A stretch of DNA of 64,000 nt. Source: an uncultured Chloroflexia bacterium. GTDB taxonomy: Bacteria; Chloroflexota; Limnocylindria; QHBO01. The translations under genes and the position numbers were made by a program. The notes below the pieces were generated by a model that was not told where the DNA came from, searched no databases, and saw only the letters and a program-made list of their open reading frames with translations. Position 1 is the stretch's first letter; the number at the start of each line of letters is the position of its first letter. The stretch is from NCBI GenBank assembly GCA_963760875.1, contig CAVXEH010000017.1:20690-84689 (forward strand), in the 5' to 3' direction. Of this stretch, positions 9,422-19,232 are shown piece after piece.

Positions 9422-10024
9422 ATGGTCAGCCAGCCCGCAGTTCCCGACTACGACCTCGAGGAAACACTCCAGCTCACGGACGCCGCGCAGGTGCAGGCCG
9501 TTGGCCACCCGCTGCGGACGACGATCCTCGGCCTCCTGCACGAGCGCGCCGCATCGGTCACGGAGCTTTCCGCGGCGGTGGGCAGGCCGAAGAGCACCGT
9601 GGCCTATCACATCGGGGTCCTGCTCGAAGCCGGGCTGGTGCGCGTGGTCCGAACGCGCCGTGTGCGGGCCATCGAGGAGCGCTACTACGGCCGCACGGCG
9701 CGGATGTTCTACGTCGGGGTGGGTGAGCCCTCCAGCAAGGAGAGGCTGCCGCTCGACTTCAACGATTTCGAGGTTGCGGCGCGGGAGTCGAGCGAGGCGT
9801 ACGAGGCGCACCACCTCCTGTCGTTCATCCGCCATGCCCGGATCCCTCCCGAGCGAGCCGCGGAGTTCTGGAGGCGGGCGATGGCGCTGGTGCCCGAGTT
9901 CGACCGGCTGCCGCGGTCGGGAGACGTCGCCTACGGGTTCGTGGTCGGGCTCTACCCCATACCGGGGTATCCGGTTCTGCCCGATGCCGAGGGAGACGCC
10001 TCGAGGTCACAGGCGGACCGCTGA
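9422..10024 (+). CDS. ArsR-like winged-helix transcriptional regulator
   Basis: AVGHPLRTTILGLL...SVTELS...KSTVAYHIGVLLEAGLV...ERYYGRTA. Confidence 0.85.
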   Translation: MVSQPAVPDYDLEETLQLTDAAQVQAVGHPLRTTILGLLHERAASVTELSAAVGRPKSTVAYHIGVLLEAGLVRVVRTRRVRAIEERYYGRTARMFYVGVGEPSSKERLPLDFNDFEVAARESSEAYEAHHLLSFIRHARIPPERAAEFWRRAMALVPEFDRLPRSGDVAYGFVVGLYPIPGYPVLPDAEGDASRSQADR

Positions 10025-10084
10025 ACGACCTCCCGGCACGGGGCGGGCTTCGCCGGCGACGTCGGGCTCATCTGCAACCGGGCG

Positions 10085-10948
10085 TCAATGCGCGAAGAGC
10101 AGCTGGACCTCGAGCGGCAGCGTTTCGCCAGGCGCGAGCCATTCCAGCCGGCCCGGCTCGTCGCGCAGCAGCCGCCGCAGGCCGTTGGGCGCCTGCGTCT
10201 GTGGCTCGATCGCCACCACGTCGATCCCATCCGGACTCGCAGCGCACAGGAAGCCGGCCCGCGGTCCGGCCTGCAGGCTCGCCGTCACCTCGATCTCCGG
10301 CCAGCGCAGGGTGACCGGCTCCTCACGTCGGACCCAGGTCGCATCCAGGCCGGTGGGCATCGGCTGCAGCCGCCGCAGGTCGTGCGGTCCGCCGACCGGC
10401 TCCGGCTCGGGACGGCTGTCCCCGTTGGAGACGAAGACGCGGTCGGCCGGGAACGCGACGTCCAGCGGCCGCCGGAACCAGGGATGAATCCCGATGCCGG
10501 CCGGCATCGGCGCTTCCGACTCGTTGGTGAGCGCGTACGCCAGGTGAAGGCGCGGCCCGTCGACCGTCACGCGCAGCGTGACCGCGTAGTGCCATGGCCA
10601 CGCGTCACCGCCGCCGGCGATGCTCAGCGAACCGTCGGGCGCAACCGTCCAGGCGCGGTCGTACACCTGCCCGTGGATGGCGGTGCCATCGGCGAAGTTG
10701 GAGGGCAGATCCACCGTGCGGCCGCCGACCAGGGTGGGTCGGGCCTCGATGCGGTTGCACCACGGGGCCATGACGAACCCGCCCCAGAAGAAGGGCTCCC
10801 GCTCGTACTCGTCGACGGACGGCGGCGTTCGCAGCAGGTCGTGCCCGAAGACGCGCAGCCGATGGAGACGGGCACCTCGCTCCGGCAGCAGCACCGCCTC
10901 GACCTCGTGCGAGGCAACCGTCAGGGTCACGGGCTCGATGGCGTCCAC
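10085..10948 (-). CDS. Aldose 1-epimerase family protein
   Basis: PWCNRI, AIHG, GIHPWF, VAIEPQT motifs. Confidence 0.85.
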   Translation of the reverse strand: MDAIEPVTLTVASHEVEAVLLPERGARLHRLRVFGHDLLRTPPSVDEYEREPFFWGGFVMAPWCNRIEARPTLVGGRTVDLPSNFADGTAIHGQVYDRAWTVAPDGSLSIAGGGDAWPWHYAVTLRVTVDGPRLHLAYALTNESEAPMPAGIGIHPWFRRPLDVAFPADRVFVSNGDSRPEPEPVGGPHDLRRLQPMPTGLDATWVRREEPVTLRWPEIEVTASLQAGPRAGFLCAASPDGIDVVAIEPQTQAPNGLRRLLRDEPGRLEWLAPGETLPLEVQLLFAH

Positions 10949-12651
10949 GGGGTGACCTCCGATGCTCCGCGATCCACGATCGCGAAGGTGTTCGCGTCAA
11001 CGGTGAGCGGCGGGCCCTGGCTCCCGCCCGGCCAGGTGACGGTGACGGTTGCCTGCGTGGCAGATCCGATGCCGACATGGATCCACCCCAGCTCCCCGCT
11101 GGCGTGCCCGCCCCCGATGGTGATCTCGCGCGTCTGGGTGGTTCCGTCCGCCGTCACGGTGACCCAGGCGCCGATGGCGTCGCTGTCGGGCGCGGGCTGG
11201 CGCAGCCGCAGGGCGATCCAGTTGCCCATGGCGGCCGGGTTGGCCGCATCACCCCAGCCGACGTTGCGGTACAGCGAGACGTTCTGGTTGCGGTTGACGA
11301 TGACCACGTCCAGCATGCCGTCCAGGTTGAAGTCCGCCACCGCGGCGCCCCGCGCCTTGGCGTAGCTCACCATCCCCGCCTTCCGGGCTTCCTCGATGAA
11401 GGTTCCATCCGGCTGCTGGATCATGAGATCGCTCGGATCGCGGGTGGCGAAGTCGGCCATGGCGTCGACGTTGCCCTTGGTGACCAGCAGATCGGCCCGC
11501 CCGTCGTTGTTGACGTCCGCGAACTCGTCGTGCCAGGCCGTGCTGGGCAGCGACGTGTCGCCGGCGTACGGACGCGTGGCCGTCACGCCTCGCTTGAGCG
11601 CGATGTCGGTGTAGTCCGGCCGGGACGCCCCGTTGGCGAGGGTCTGCAGCTTGTTGTCGCCCTGGCTGGTGAGGTAGACCTCCGGATAGCCGTCGCCGGT
11701 GAGGTCGTAGCTGGCGATCCCCATGCCCCAGATGCGGACCGTCTGCCAGCCATCAGCCGCGGTGTACAGGCTCGGGGGCTGGCCCGGCTGCATCCGCCAT
11801 AGCTGCTCACCGCCGTTGCTGGCCTCGCCGTAGTAGTGGCGGTCGTTGGAGACCCGCAGGTCGGCGTGCCCGGAGCGGTTCCAGTCGCTGAAGAGCATGG
11901 ACAGCGGGCAGTAGCCCGGCGCGAGGGGAATTGGTGCGGCATAGCCCTGTCCGCCGGCGGCCGGCCGGAAGAGGGAGGAATCGGTGCATGGCAGCCCGGT
12001 CGTGCCGTCGGCGTGGAGCGTCAGATAGTTGCCCACCGCCAGGGTGGGCAGGGTCGCACCGGCCTCCCACGTGGCGCTGAAGGCGGCCGCCCAGTCATGG
12101 CCGCCGTCGAAGCCCCAGGCCTCGTTGGCGCGCTCGAAGCGGCAGTCGCCGAGGCCGCGCAGCAGGACGTTCTCGCCCAGGCGCAGGACCACCAGGTCGG
12201 TGATGCCGTCGCCGTCGATGTCGATGGGATAGGCGCCGGTGACATCGCGCAGGTCGGTGGCCGGGGCGTGGATTGCCGTGAAGCGCAGCGCGCCGCCTAC
12301 GGGGCTGTCATTGCGGTACAGGGCGGCCGGGTCCTCGCCGCCGGCGAGGTACAGGTCCTGGCGGCCGTCGTCGTTGCAGTCGAAGGCGGCCACGCCCCCG
12401 CCAACGAAGAAGTTGAAGCCGCCCGCATAGCTGTGGTCGATGCCCGCGGCGAGCGCCTCCTCGACGAAGTGCGGGGGATCCGCGCTGCCCGGCCCCGGAG
12501 CGCCAAGCAGCCCGATGCGCCAGGCGAGCAGCCCGCCACCGGCTGCCAGGAGCAGCGCGACCACGACGGCCGGCCAGCGGTAGCGGCGCGCCCAGCCGGA
12601 ACGGGCAGCGCGGGCGCCGTCGCGAGGGTCGGCCTGGACCGGCGCAGCCAT
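10927..12651 (-). CDS. CRTAC1-family FG-GAP repeat protein with C-terminal ASPIC/UnbV domain, N-terminal membrane anchor
   Basis: GGVAAFDCNDDG, DIDGDG, MGIASYDLTGDG, ADVNNDG, RGAAVADFNLDG repeats; DAIGAWVTV...HVGIG...VTWPGG tail. Confidence 0.9.
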   Translation of the reverse strand: MAAPVQADPRDGARAARSGWARRYRWPAVVVALLLAAGGGLLAWRIGLLGAPGPGSADPPHFVEEALAAGIDHSYAGGFNFFVGGGVAAFDCNDDGRQDLYLAGGEDPAALYRNDSPVGGALRFTAIHAPATDLRDVTGAYPIDIDGDGITDLVVLRLGENVLLRGLGDCRFERANEAWGFDGGHDWAAAFSATWEAGATLPTLAVGNYLTLHADGTTGLPCTDSSLFRPAAGGQGYAAPIPLAPGYCPLSMLFSDWNRSGHADLRVSNDRHYYGEASNGGEQLWRMQPGQPPSLYTAADGWQTVRIWGMGIASYDLTGDGYPEVYLTSQGDNKLQTLANGASRPDYTDIALKRGVTATRPYAGDTSLPSTAWHDEFADVNNDGRADLLVTKGNVDAMADFATRDPSDLMIQQPDGTFIEEARKAGMVSYAKARGAAVADFNLDGMLDVVIVNRNQNVSLYRNVGWGDAANPAAMGNWIALRLRQPAPDSDAIGAWVTVTADGTTQTREITIGGGHASGELGWIHVGIGSATQATVTVTWPGGSQGPPLTVDANTFAIVDRGASEVTPWTPSSP

Positions 12652-12673
12652 CCGTCCCCGCCAGGCTCCGTCG

Positions 12674-13666
12674 TTACGCGCCGGGCTCGGCGGCCGCGAA
12701 GATGCGCTCCATGACCTCGAGGTTCCCGATCGGATCGTCGGCCGGCACCGGGGGCGCGGCCCCGTCGAGGACGACATCGGCGAAGCGCTCGAACTCGACC
12801 GCGTAGGGATCGGCCACGGCGAATGTCAGGGTCTGCGTGTCGGGAGCGACCGGCGGGTCACCGCCGGACGTCACGAAGACCTCGGTCGGGCGGTCGGGCG
12901 GGATGTTGAACGGGATACCGATGCTGATGCGCCCCTGCGTGCCGTAGATGTGCACCCGCTGGTCGTCCTCGGCGCGGGTGGAGCAGGTGAACGACGCCAC
13001 GCCGCCGTCGAACTCGAGCATCGCGCTGGTGAGGACGTCCGTGCCGCCCAACGGATCCCGCGTGAGCGACGCCTGGACGCGGGTTGGCTCCGCATCGAAG
13101 AGCATCCGCGACAGGTTGACGCAGTAGCAGCCGATGTCGTAGAGCGCGCCGCCACCGGCGGCGCGGACGTTGCGGATGTTGGCCTGGTCGTCGTTGAAGT
13201 AGCTGAACCAGCTCTGGACGGCGGTCAGCTTGCCGATCCGGCCCGATGCCACCAGCTCGCGGACGGCGACCCAGGATGGATGGAGGCGATACATGAAGGC
13301 CTCCGCGAGGTGCACCCCCGCCGCGCGGCAGCCGTCGATCATGCGGCGAGCGTCTTCGCTGGCCATCGCCAGCGGCTTCTCGCACAGGACGTGCTTTCCC
13401 GCCTCGGCGGCCCGCAGCGTCCAATCGGCGTGGAGGTGGTTGGGGAGTGGGATGTAGACCGCGTCCAGCCCGGGGTCGGCCAGCAGCGCCTCGTAGGAAT
13501 CGTGCGATCGCTCGATCCCCAGCTCCGCGGCGACCTGGGCCGCTCGCGACCCGTCGCGCGAGGCGATGGCCGCGACCTCGGTGCGCGCCGCGCGACGCAT
13601 CCCGGGGATGACCTTGGTCCGGGCGATGTCCGCCGTGGAGAGCACTCCCCAGCGCAGGGCGCTCAT
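12674..13666 (-). CDS. Gfo/Idh/MocA oxidoreductase (aldose/xylose dehydrogenase-like)
   Basis: WGVLSTA, YIPLPNHLH, GKHVLCEKP, GGALYDIGCY. Confidence 0.9.
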   Translation of the reverse strand: MSALRWGVLSTADIARTKVIPGMRRAARTEVAAIASRDGSRAAQVAAELGIERSHDSYEALLADPGLDAVYIPLPNHLHADWTLRAAEAGKHVLCEKPLAMASEDARRMIDGCRAAGVHLAEAFMYRLHPSWVAVRELVASGRIGKLTAVQSWFSYFNDDQANIRNVRAAGGGALYDIGCYCVNLSRMLFDAEPTRVQASLTRDPLGGTDVLTSAMLEFDGGVASFTCSTRAEDDQRVHIYGTQGRISIGIPFNIPPDRPTEVFVTSGGDPPVAPDTQTLTFAVADPYAVEFERFADVVLDGAAPPVPADDPIGNLEVMERIFAAAEPGA

Positions 13667-13673
13667 GTGCCGC

Positions 13674-14381
13674 TCAGCCCCACGACGGCTCGGTGACCGG
13701 GCGGAAGGCCACCTCGAGGATCCGGTGGCTGCGCGGCCGGGTCAGCACGAAGATCACCGCCTCGGCCACGTCGGCGGGCTGCATCATGCCGGCCAGGGCC
13801 GGCATCTGCGGCGTGCGCCCGCGGCCCATCGCGAAGTCCGTGGCGACCCCGCCGGGGCAGACGCTCGTGCAGCGGACGCCCTGCTCGCGCAGCTCGTGGT
13901 CGAGGGCGCTGGTCAGCCCCACCTGGGCGAACTTCGATGCGCAGTAGACCGCCTCGTTCGGCAGGCCGCGGCGTCCCGCCTCGCTCGCAATGGTGACGAT
14001 GTCGGCCGCCTCACTGCGCAGCAGGTGCGGCAGGGCGGCACGGATCGAGTAGATCGCGCCCTTCACGTTGACGTCGATCATCTCCTCGATGTGCTCAGCG
14101 GGGAGGTCACCGAACGGCCCGTAGGCGCCGACGCCGGCGTTCACCACCAGGATGTCCAGCTTGCCGAAGCGTTCGACGGTGGCCGCGGCGATCCGCGCCA
14201 GGGCGTCGGGGTCGCGAACGTCCGCCGGCTGGGCGACGACGCCGGGCAGACCCAGGTCATTCCCGCTGCGGGATGCAAGGCCAAGATGGACGCCCTGATC
14301 CGACAGCGCCTGCGCCACTGCCGCCCCAATGCCACGGCTGGCCCCCGTGACCAGCGCCACCTTGCCGTCCAGGGTCTCCAT
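13674..14381 (-). CDS. Short-chain dehydrogenase/reductase
   Basis: TGASRGIG, NAG, catalytic YCASK. Confidence 0.9.
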   Translation of the reverse strand: METLDGKVALVTGASRGIGAAVAQALSDQGVHLGLASRSGNDLGLPGVVAQPADVRDPDALARIAAATVERFGKLDILVVNAGVGAYGPFGDLPAEHIEEMIDVNVKGAIYSIRAALPHLLRSEAADIVTIASEAGRRGLPNEAVYCASKFAQVGLTSALDHELREQGVRCTSVCPGGVATDFAMGRGRTPQMPALAGMMQPADVAEAVIFVLTRPRSHRILEVAFRPVTEPSWG

Positions 14382-14415
14382 CCACGGTTCCTCCGAGTCT
14401 TGACAGGCGTCGGTC

Positions 14416-14461
14416 CGATGTAAGAGTCTACGACAAACATTTGGAAGAGAGGATCACAAAA
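14416..14461. promoter_or_regulatory. Two abutting candidate XylR operators
   Basis: CGATGT-N11-ACAAAC then ATTTGG-N11-ACAAAA, same geometry as the palindrome before xylA; TTGACA at 14400-14405. Confidence 0.6.
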
Positions 14462-14466
14462 CGGCG

Positions 14467-15702
14467 GTGATCACGGCCCGGGACGCGGTCGGCCAGCGCA
14501 GCGAGACGGTGCGCCGCGCGAACCTGAGCGCCATCGCGACGGAGCTGCATCTCCACGGTCCGCTGTCGCGGTCCGAGCTGGTCGCCCGGACCGGACTGAC
14601 CCGCAGCGCGATCCGCGGCCTCATCGGGGAGTTCGTGGCAGCCGGGTTGGCCAGCGAGGAGCGCAGCGTGACCGCCGGGATTCCTGGCCGCCCATCGCCC
14701 CTGGTGCAGCCGAACCCGGAGCGCGCGGTGGTCCTGGCCCTGGACATCGCGGTCGACTCGCTGGGGGTCGCCCTGGTGGGATACGGCGGAACGGTCCTCG
14801 AGCGCCGGCGTGTCGACCGCCCTCGTGGCCACCTTTCGGTTGACCAGATCATTGGTGACCTCACGCAGCTCGCGGCCCCGGTGCTGGCTCGGGTCAGCGG
14901 CCCGGACGCGCTCGTGGCGGTCAGCGTCGGGGTGGTGGGGGTCGTCCGCCGCAGTGACGGCCAGGTGCGGGTGGCGCCCAACCTGTCGTGGCACGACGTG
15001 CCGCTCGCGGCCCTGCTGTCGCGGTCGCTGGGGGTGGAGGGGGAGGTCTCCGTCGCCAACGAGGCCGATCTCGGGGCGCTCGCCGAGCATCGGCGCGGCG
15101 CGGCCATGGGAGTTGATGACGTGGTGTATATCTCCGGCGAGGTGGGTGTCGGCGGTGGCATCATCGTCGGGGGTCATCCGCTCGACGGCTCGGACGGCTA
15201 TGCCGGCGAGGTGGGGCACATGCCCGTGAACGTGGAGGGAGGCGCCTGTCGCTGTGGCTCCATTGGCTGCTGGGAGACGGAGATCGGCGAGCGCGCCCTG
15301 CTCACACGGGCGGGGCGCAGTCCGTCAGGCGGTCGCGCGGGCGTTGATGGAATCCTCACATCGGCCGCCCAGGGCTCGCAGCGCGAGCTCGAGGCGCTGG
15401 CCGAGGTTGGTCGCTGGCTGGGCATCGGCCTGGCAGGCCTGGTCAACATCTTCAACCCACGGCTGGTGGTGCTTGGCGGGCTTTTCGGTCGCATGCACCC
15501 CTACGTGGAGGAGAATGTCAACGCGGCGCTCGAGCGTCGCGCGCTCGAGGCAGCCCGCGAACACGTCGAGGTCGTACCAGCGGTCCTCGGCGGAGATGCT
15601 CCACTGCTTGGTGCGGCGGAGCATGGATTCGAATCGCTCCTGCGTGACCCGGCGGCCTGGTTCGGGCGGCAGGGAGCTCCGGTCGAGGCCGCGACGGCAT
15701 GA
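14467..15702 (+). CDS. xylR: ROK-family transcriptional repressor (XylR-like)
   Basis: N-terminal HTH (SRSELVARTGLT), GEVGH and CRCGSIGCWE zinc motif; xylose context. Confidence 0.85.
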   Translation: MITARDAVGQRSETVRRANLSAIATELHLHGPLSRSELVARTGLTRSAIRGLIGEFVAAGLASEERSVTAGIPGRPSPLVQPNPERAVVLALDIAVDSLGVALVGYGGTVLERRRVDRPRGHLSVDQIIGDLTQLAAPVLARVSGPDALVAVSVGVVGVVRRSDGQVRVAPNLSWHDVPLAALLSRSLGVEGEVSVANEADLGALAEHRRGAAMGVDDVVYISGEVGVGGGIIVGGHPLDGSDGYAGEVGHMPVNVEGGACRCGSIGCWETEIGERALLTRAGRSPSGGRAGVDGILTSAAQGSQRELEALAEVGRWLGIGLAGLVNIFNPRLVVLGGLFGRMHPYVEENVNAALERRALEAAREHVEVVPAVLGGDAPLLGAAEHGFESLLRDPAAWFGRQGAPVEAATA

Positions 15703-15842
15703 GACCGGTCGAATGACGGGGAGGATTTTCACCACGCGCGGCGGGGCACGTTGGAGGACGAGAGGAGGGGGCCTGACGCGAAGGTAGCTCGCTGGGACGC
15801 AGGAATGCGTTCACCATCCACCATCGGAGGAGAGGACAACAC

Positions 15843-16994
15843 ATGAGCATTCGAAGGTTGGCGGCAGTGCTTGGCGTCGCGGTCATCGCGATGGCCGGCT
15901 GCAGCTCCAACAATGGCGGCTCGAGCGGCGGTGCCGGGGCATCCGTCGGCAGCGACTGCGTCGTGGCCGTGTCCTGGAACAACTTCCAGCAGCCCCGCTG
16001 GGCCGCAGCCGACAAGCCGAACATCCAGAAGGTCGTCGAGGACGCCGGCGGCAAGTACATCGACGCCGACGCGAACCTGAGCAACGAGCAGCAGCTGACC
16101 GACGTCGACACCCTCATCTCGAAGGGCGCCAAGGTCCTGATCCTGCTCGCGCAGGACACCAAGGCCATTCTGCCCGCCGTCGAGAAGGCCAAGAACGCGG
16201 GCATCCCGATCATCGCGTATGACCGCCTCATCGAGGACCCGTCCATCCTGTACATCACGTTCGACAACGTGAAGGTGGGCGAGGCAGAGGCCAAGGCCGT
16301 CATCGACAAGGTCCCGACCGGGAACTACGTCCTGATCAAGGGCGACCCGGGCGATCCCAATGCATCGACGTTCCTGCCCCAGGGCTGGGACAACGCGGGC
16401 CTGAAGGACAAGGTCGCCTCCGGCGACATCAAGATCCTCAACGGGCCTGACGGCACCTTCACCGACGCCTGGGCGACGGAGACGGCGCAGTCCAACATGG
16501 AAGCGATCATCGACAAGGCAAAGGCGGACGGCAACAAGATCGACGCCATCCTTGCCGAGAACGACAGCACGGCCCTTGGTGTCGTGGGTGCGCTCACGTC
16601 CAAGAGCTACGGATTCCCGCCCCTGAGCGGCCAGGACGGCGACAAGGCCAACCTGAACAACGTCGCGCTGGGCAAGCAGTACGTGGACGTCTGGAAGAAC
16701 GCCAATGAGCTCGGCAAGGCTGCCGGCCAGGCGGCGATCGGACTGTGCCAGGGCAAGGCAATGGCCGACCTCTCGATCAACATCGGAGCCTCGGTTGCGC
16801 CGACCGCCGGCAACAGCCCCACGGACTTCACGACCCCAGGGAAGAACACGGTGAAGTCGTTCATCCTTCAGCCGACCCCGATCACCGCTGACAACCTCGG
16901 CGATGTCATGTCGGCCGGCTGGTGGGTGACCAAGAGCGACATCTGCACGGGTGTCACCTCTTCGGATCCAGGCGCCAAGGCCTGCGGCGTGTGA
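15843..16994 (+). CDS. xylF: Xylose ABC transporter substrate-binding lipoprotein
   Basis: Lipobox MAGC; QPRW, AYDRLI, YITFDN, GDPGDPNA, AENDS, GQDGD. Confidence 0.85.
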   Translation: MSIRRLAAVLGVAVIAMAGCSSNNGGSSGGAGASVGSDCVVAVSWNNFQQPRWAAADKPNIQKVVEDAGGKYIDADANLSNEQQLTDVDTLISKGAKVLILLAQDTKAILPAVEKAKNAGIPIIAYDRLIEDPSILYITFDNVKVGEAEAKAVIDKVPTGNYVLIKGDPGDPNASTFLPQGWDNAGLKDKVASGDIKILNGPDGTFTDAWATETAQSNMEAIIDKAKADGNKIDAILAENDSTALGVVGALTSKSYGFPPLSGQDGDKANLNNVALGKQYVDVWKNANELGKAAGQAAIGLCQGKAMADLSINIGASVAPTAGNSPTDFTTPGKNTVKSFILQPTPITADNLGDVMSAGWWVTKSDICTGVTSSDPGAKACGV

Positions 16995-17026
16995 ACGTCG
17001 CTCTCCGGAGCGCCTGACCTCGGCTT

Positions 17027-17063
17027 GGCCTGCGCCCCCGGACCCGTCCGGGGGCGCCAGGCC
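17027..17063 (+). terminator. GC-rich stem-loop after xylF (mRNA-stabilising or attenuating)
   Basis: GGCCTG-CGCCCCCGGAC-CC-GTCCGGGGGCG-C-CAGGCC; no U tract. Confidence 0.5.
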
Positions 17064-17089
17064 TCATCTTCTGCAGGAGGAGAGCTGTC

Positions 17090-18415
17090 GTGACGAATGC
17101 GGCCGGTACGGCATCTGCTCCCGGCAGGCTGAACGCCTCCCTGCCAGCCCTGCGTCGACTCGTCGCCCAGACGGAGATCGACCTCCGGGTCTTTGGCATG
17201 CTGGTCGCGCTCGCGATCATCCTGTTCGGCTTCAATATCCTGAGCGACGGCAAGTTCTTCATCCCGAACAACATGGTCACGCTGGCCATCCAGGCGACGA
17301 GCGTGGCCATCATCGCCACCGGGATGGTCCTGGTCATCGTGTCGCGGAACATCGACCTGTCGGTCGGATCGCTGACCGGCTTCGTCGCGATGAGCTACGC
17401 GCTGCTGATGACCGACTGGCTGCCCAACATCCTGGGCATGGGTCCGGACTTTCCCTTCCGCTGGCTCATCGCCCTGGGCATCGGGATCGGCATCGGCGCC
17501 GGCTTCGGCGCCCTCCAGGGGTTCATCGTCGCCTACGTCGGTGTCCCGTCCTTCGTCGTGACGCTGGGTGGCCTGCTCTCCATTCGGGGTGCGGTCTGGT
17601 ACCTCTCCAGCGGAGCGGCCGTCACCGGGCTCGACCCGTCCTTCCAGCTCCTGAACGGCGGAGCGGAGGGGTCGATCGGCGGCACCCTGACCTGGGCGGT
17701 CGGGATCATCGGCTGCATCGCCCTGGTGGTGCTGCTCGCGAACCGCCGGCGACAGCGGCAACGGTTCGGCTTTCCCGTGCGCCCCATGTGGGCAACCGTC
17801 GCGCTGGGGGTGCTCGGTTGCGGCGCGATCATGGGCCTGACCTTCTTCGCCAACGGCAACTACTGGCCGGCTGGACTCGCGCACCAGTACGCGCTTGATC
17901 ATGGCATCACCGAGCCCGCGGGAGGCCTGAAGCTCTCGGCCGGCTTCCCCATCCCCATCATGCTGCTCATCGGCGTGACCCTGGTCATGACGTGGATGGC
18001 CAACCGCCGGAGCTTCGGCCGGTACGTCTATGCGTACGGCGGCAACCCGGACGCCGCCGAGCTGGCCGGCATCAACACCCGCTGGACGATCATGAAGACC
18101 TTCATCCTCATGGGCGTCCTCTGCGCGCTCTCCGCGGCGGTCGCATCGGCGCGCCTGAACGGAGCGACGCTCGACATCGGCGTGAGCTATGAGCTGTATG
18201 TCATTGCCGCCGCCGTCGTGGGTGGAACCTCGTTCGCCGGAGGCATCGGCACCATTCCCGGAGCGGTGCTGGGTGCCTTCGTCATGGCGTCCCTGAAATA
18301 CGGCCTCAGCTTCCTGGGCGTGAACTCGCCCGGGCAGAACGTGGCGGCCGGCATCGTGCTCATCCTCGCCGTGGCCTTCGACGCATACACGCGCCGGCGC
18401 GGCGGACGCCGGTGA
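17090..18415 (+). CDS. xylH: Xylose ABC transporter permease
   Basis: IDLSVGS, VPSFVVTLG, FGRYVYAYGGNPDAAELAGI, ELYVIAAAVVGGTS. Confidence 0.9.
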   Translation: MTNAAGTASAPGRLNASLPALRRLVAQTEIDLRVFGMLVALAIILFGFNILSDGKFFIPNNMVTLAIQATSVAIIATGMVLVIVSRNIDLSVGSLTGFVAMSYALLMTDWLPNILGMGPDFPFRWLIALGIGIGIGAGFGALQGFIVAYVGVPSFVVTLGGLLSIRGAVWYLSSGAAVTGLDPSFQLLNGGAEGSIGGTLTWAVGIIGCIALVVLLANRRRQRQRFGFPVRPMWATVALGVLGCGAIMGLTFFANGNYWPAGLAHQYALDHGITEPAGGLKLSAGFPIPIMLLIGVTLVMTWMANRRSFGRYVYAYGGNPDAAELAGINTRWTIMKTFILMGVLCALSAAVASARLNGATLDIGVSYELYVIAAAVVGGTSFAGGIGTIPGAVLGAFVMASLKYGLSFLGVNSPGQNVAAGIVLILAVAFDAYTRRRGGRR

Positions 18416-18434
18416 GCGGGGGAGGAGGCAGATC

Positions 18435-19232
18435 ATGAGCGCTCCGACCGAATCCACCCGGACGCCCCTTGTCGAGATGCAGGACATCCACGTCGCGTTC
18501 GGCGGCGTCCACGCCGTCGATGGGGTGAGCGTTGACCTGATGGCGGGAGAGGTGGTCGGCATGGTCGGCCACAACGGCGCCGGCAAGACGACCCTGATGC
18601 GGGTGCTGTCGGGAGCGCACCCCGCCGACGCTGGCGAGATCCGGGTCGACGGCAAGAAGGTGGCCATCTCGAATCCTCGCGACGCGCAGCTGCTGGGCAT
18701 CGAGACCATCTACCAGACCCTGGCCCTGGCCGACAACATCGACGCCGCGGCGAACCTGTTCCTGGGACGCGAGCTCTCGAGCTTCATCGGGGGGCTGGAC
18801 GACAGCGCCATGGAGTCGGCAACGCGCAAGGTCATGCATCGGCTCAACCCGAACTTCACCAACTTCAAGGCACCGGTGAAGTCGCTCTCCGGCGGGCAGC
18901 GCCAGTCGGTGGCCATCGCGCGGGCCGTCCACTTCAACGCCAGGATCCTCATCATGGACGAGCCGACGGCCGCGCTGGGTCCGGCGGAGACTGAGCAGGT
19001 TCGCGACCTGATCCGGCAGCTCAAGTCCGAGGGGATCGGGATCTTCCTGGTCAGCCACGACATCCACGACGTGTTCGACCTGTCCGACCGCATCAGCGTG
19101 ATGTACCACGGCAGGCTGGTGAAGACGGTGCGGCGCGAGGAGGTGTCGCCCGACGAGGTCCTGGCCATGATCATCATGGGTGGCAGCCATGCCGAGCCGA
19201 CCGCCGAGGACCGGGAGTTCCCCGTCAGCTAG
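18435..19232 (+). CDS. xylG: Sugar ABC transporter ATP-binding protein (single NBD)
   Basis: GHNGAGKTT, LSGGQRQ, IMDEPTAALG. Confidence 0.9.
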   Translation: MSAPTESTRTPLVEMQDIHVAFGGVHAVDGVSVDLMAGEVVGMVGHNGAGKTTLMRVLSGAHPADAGEIRVDGKKVAISNPRDAQLLGIETIYQTLALADNIDAAANLFLGRELSSFIGGLDDSAMESATRKVMHRLNPNFTNFKAPVKSLSGGQRQSVAIARAVHFNARILIMDEPTAALGPAETEQVRDLIRQLKSEGIGIFLVSHDIHDVFDLSDRISVMYHGRLVKTVRREEVSPDEVLAMIIMGGSHAEPTAEDREFPVS

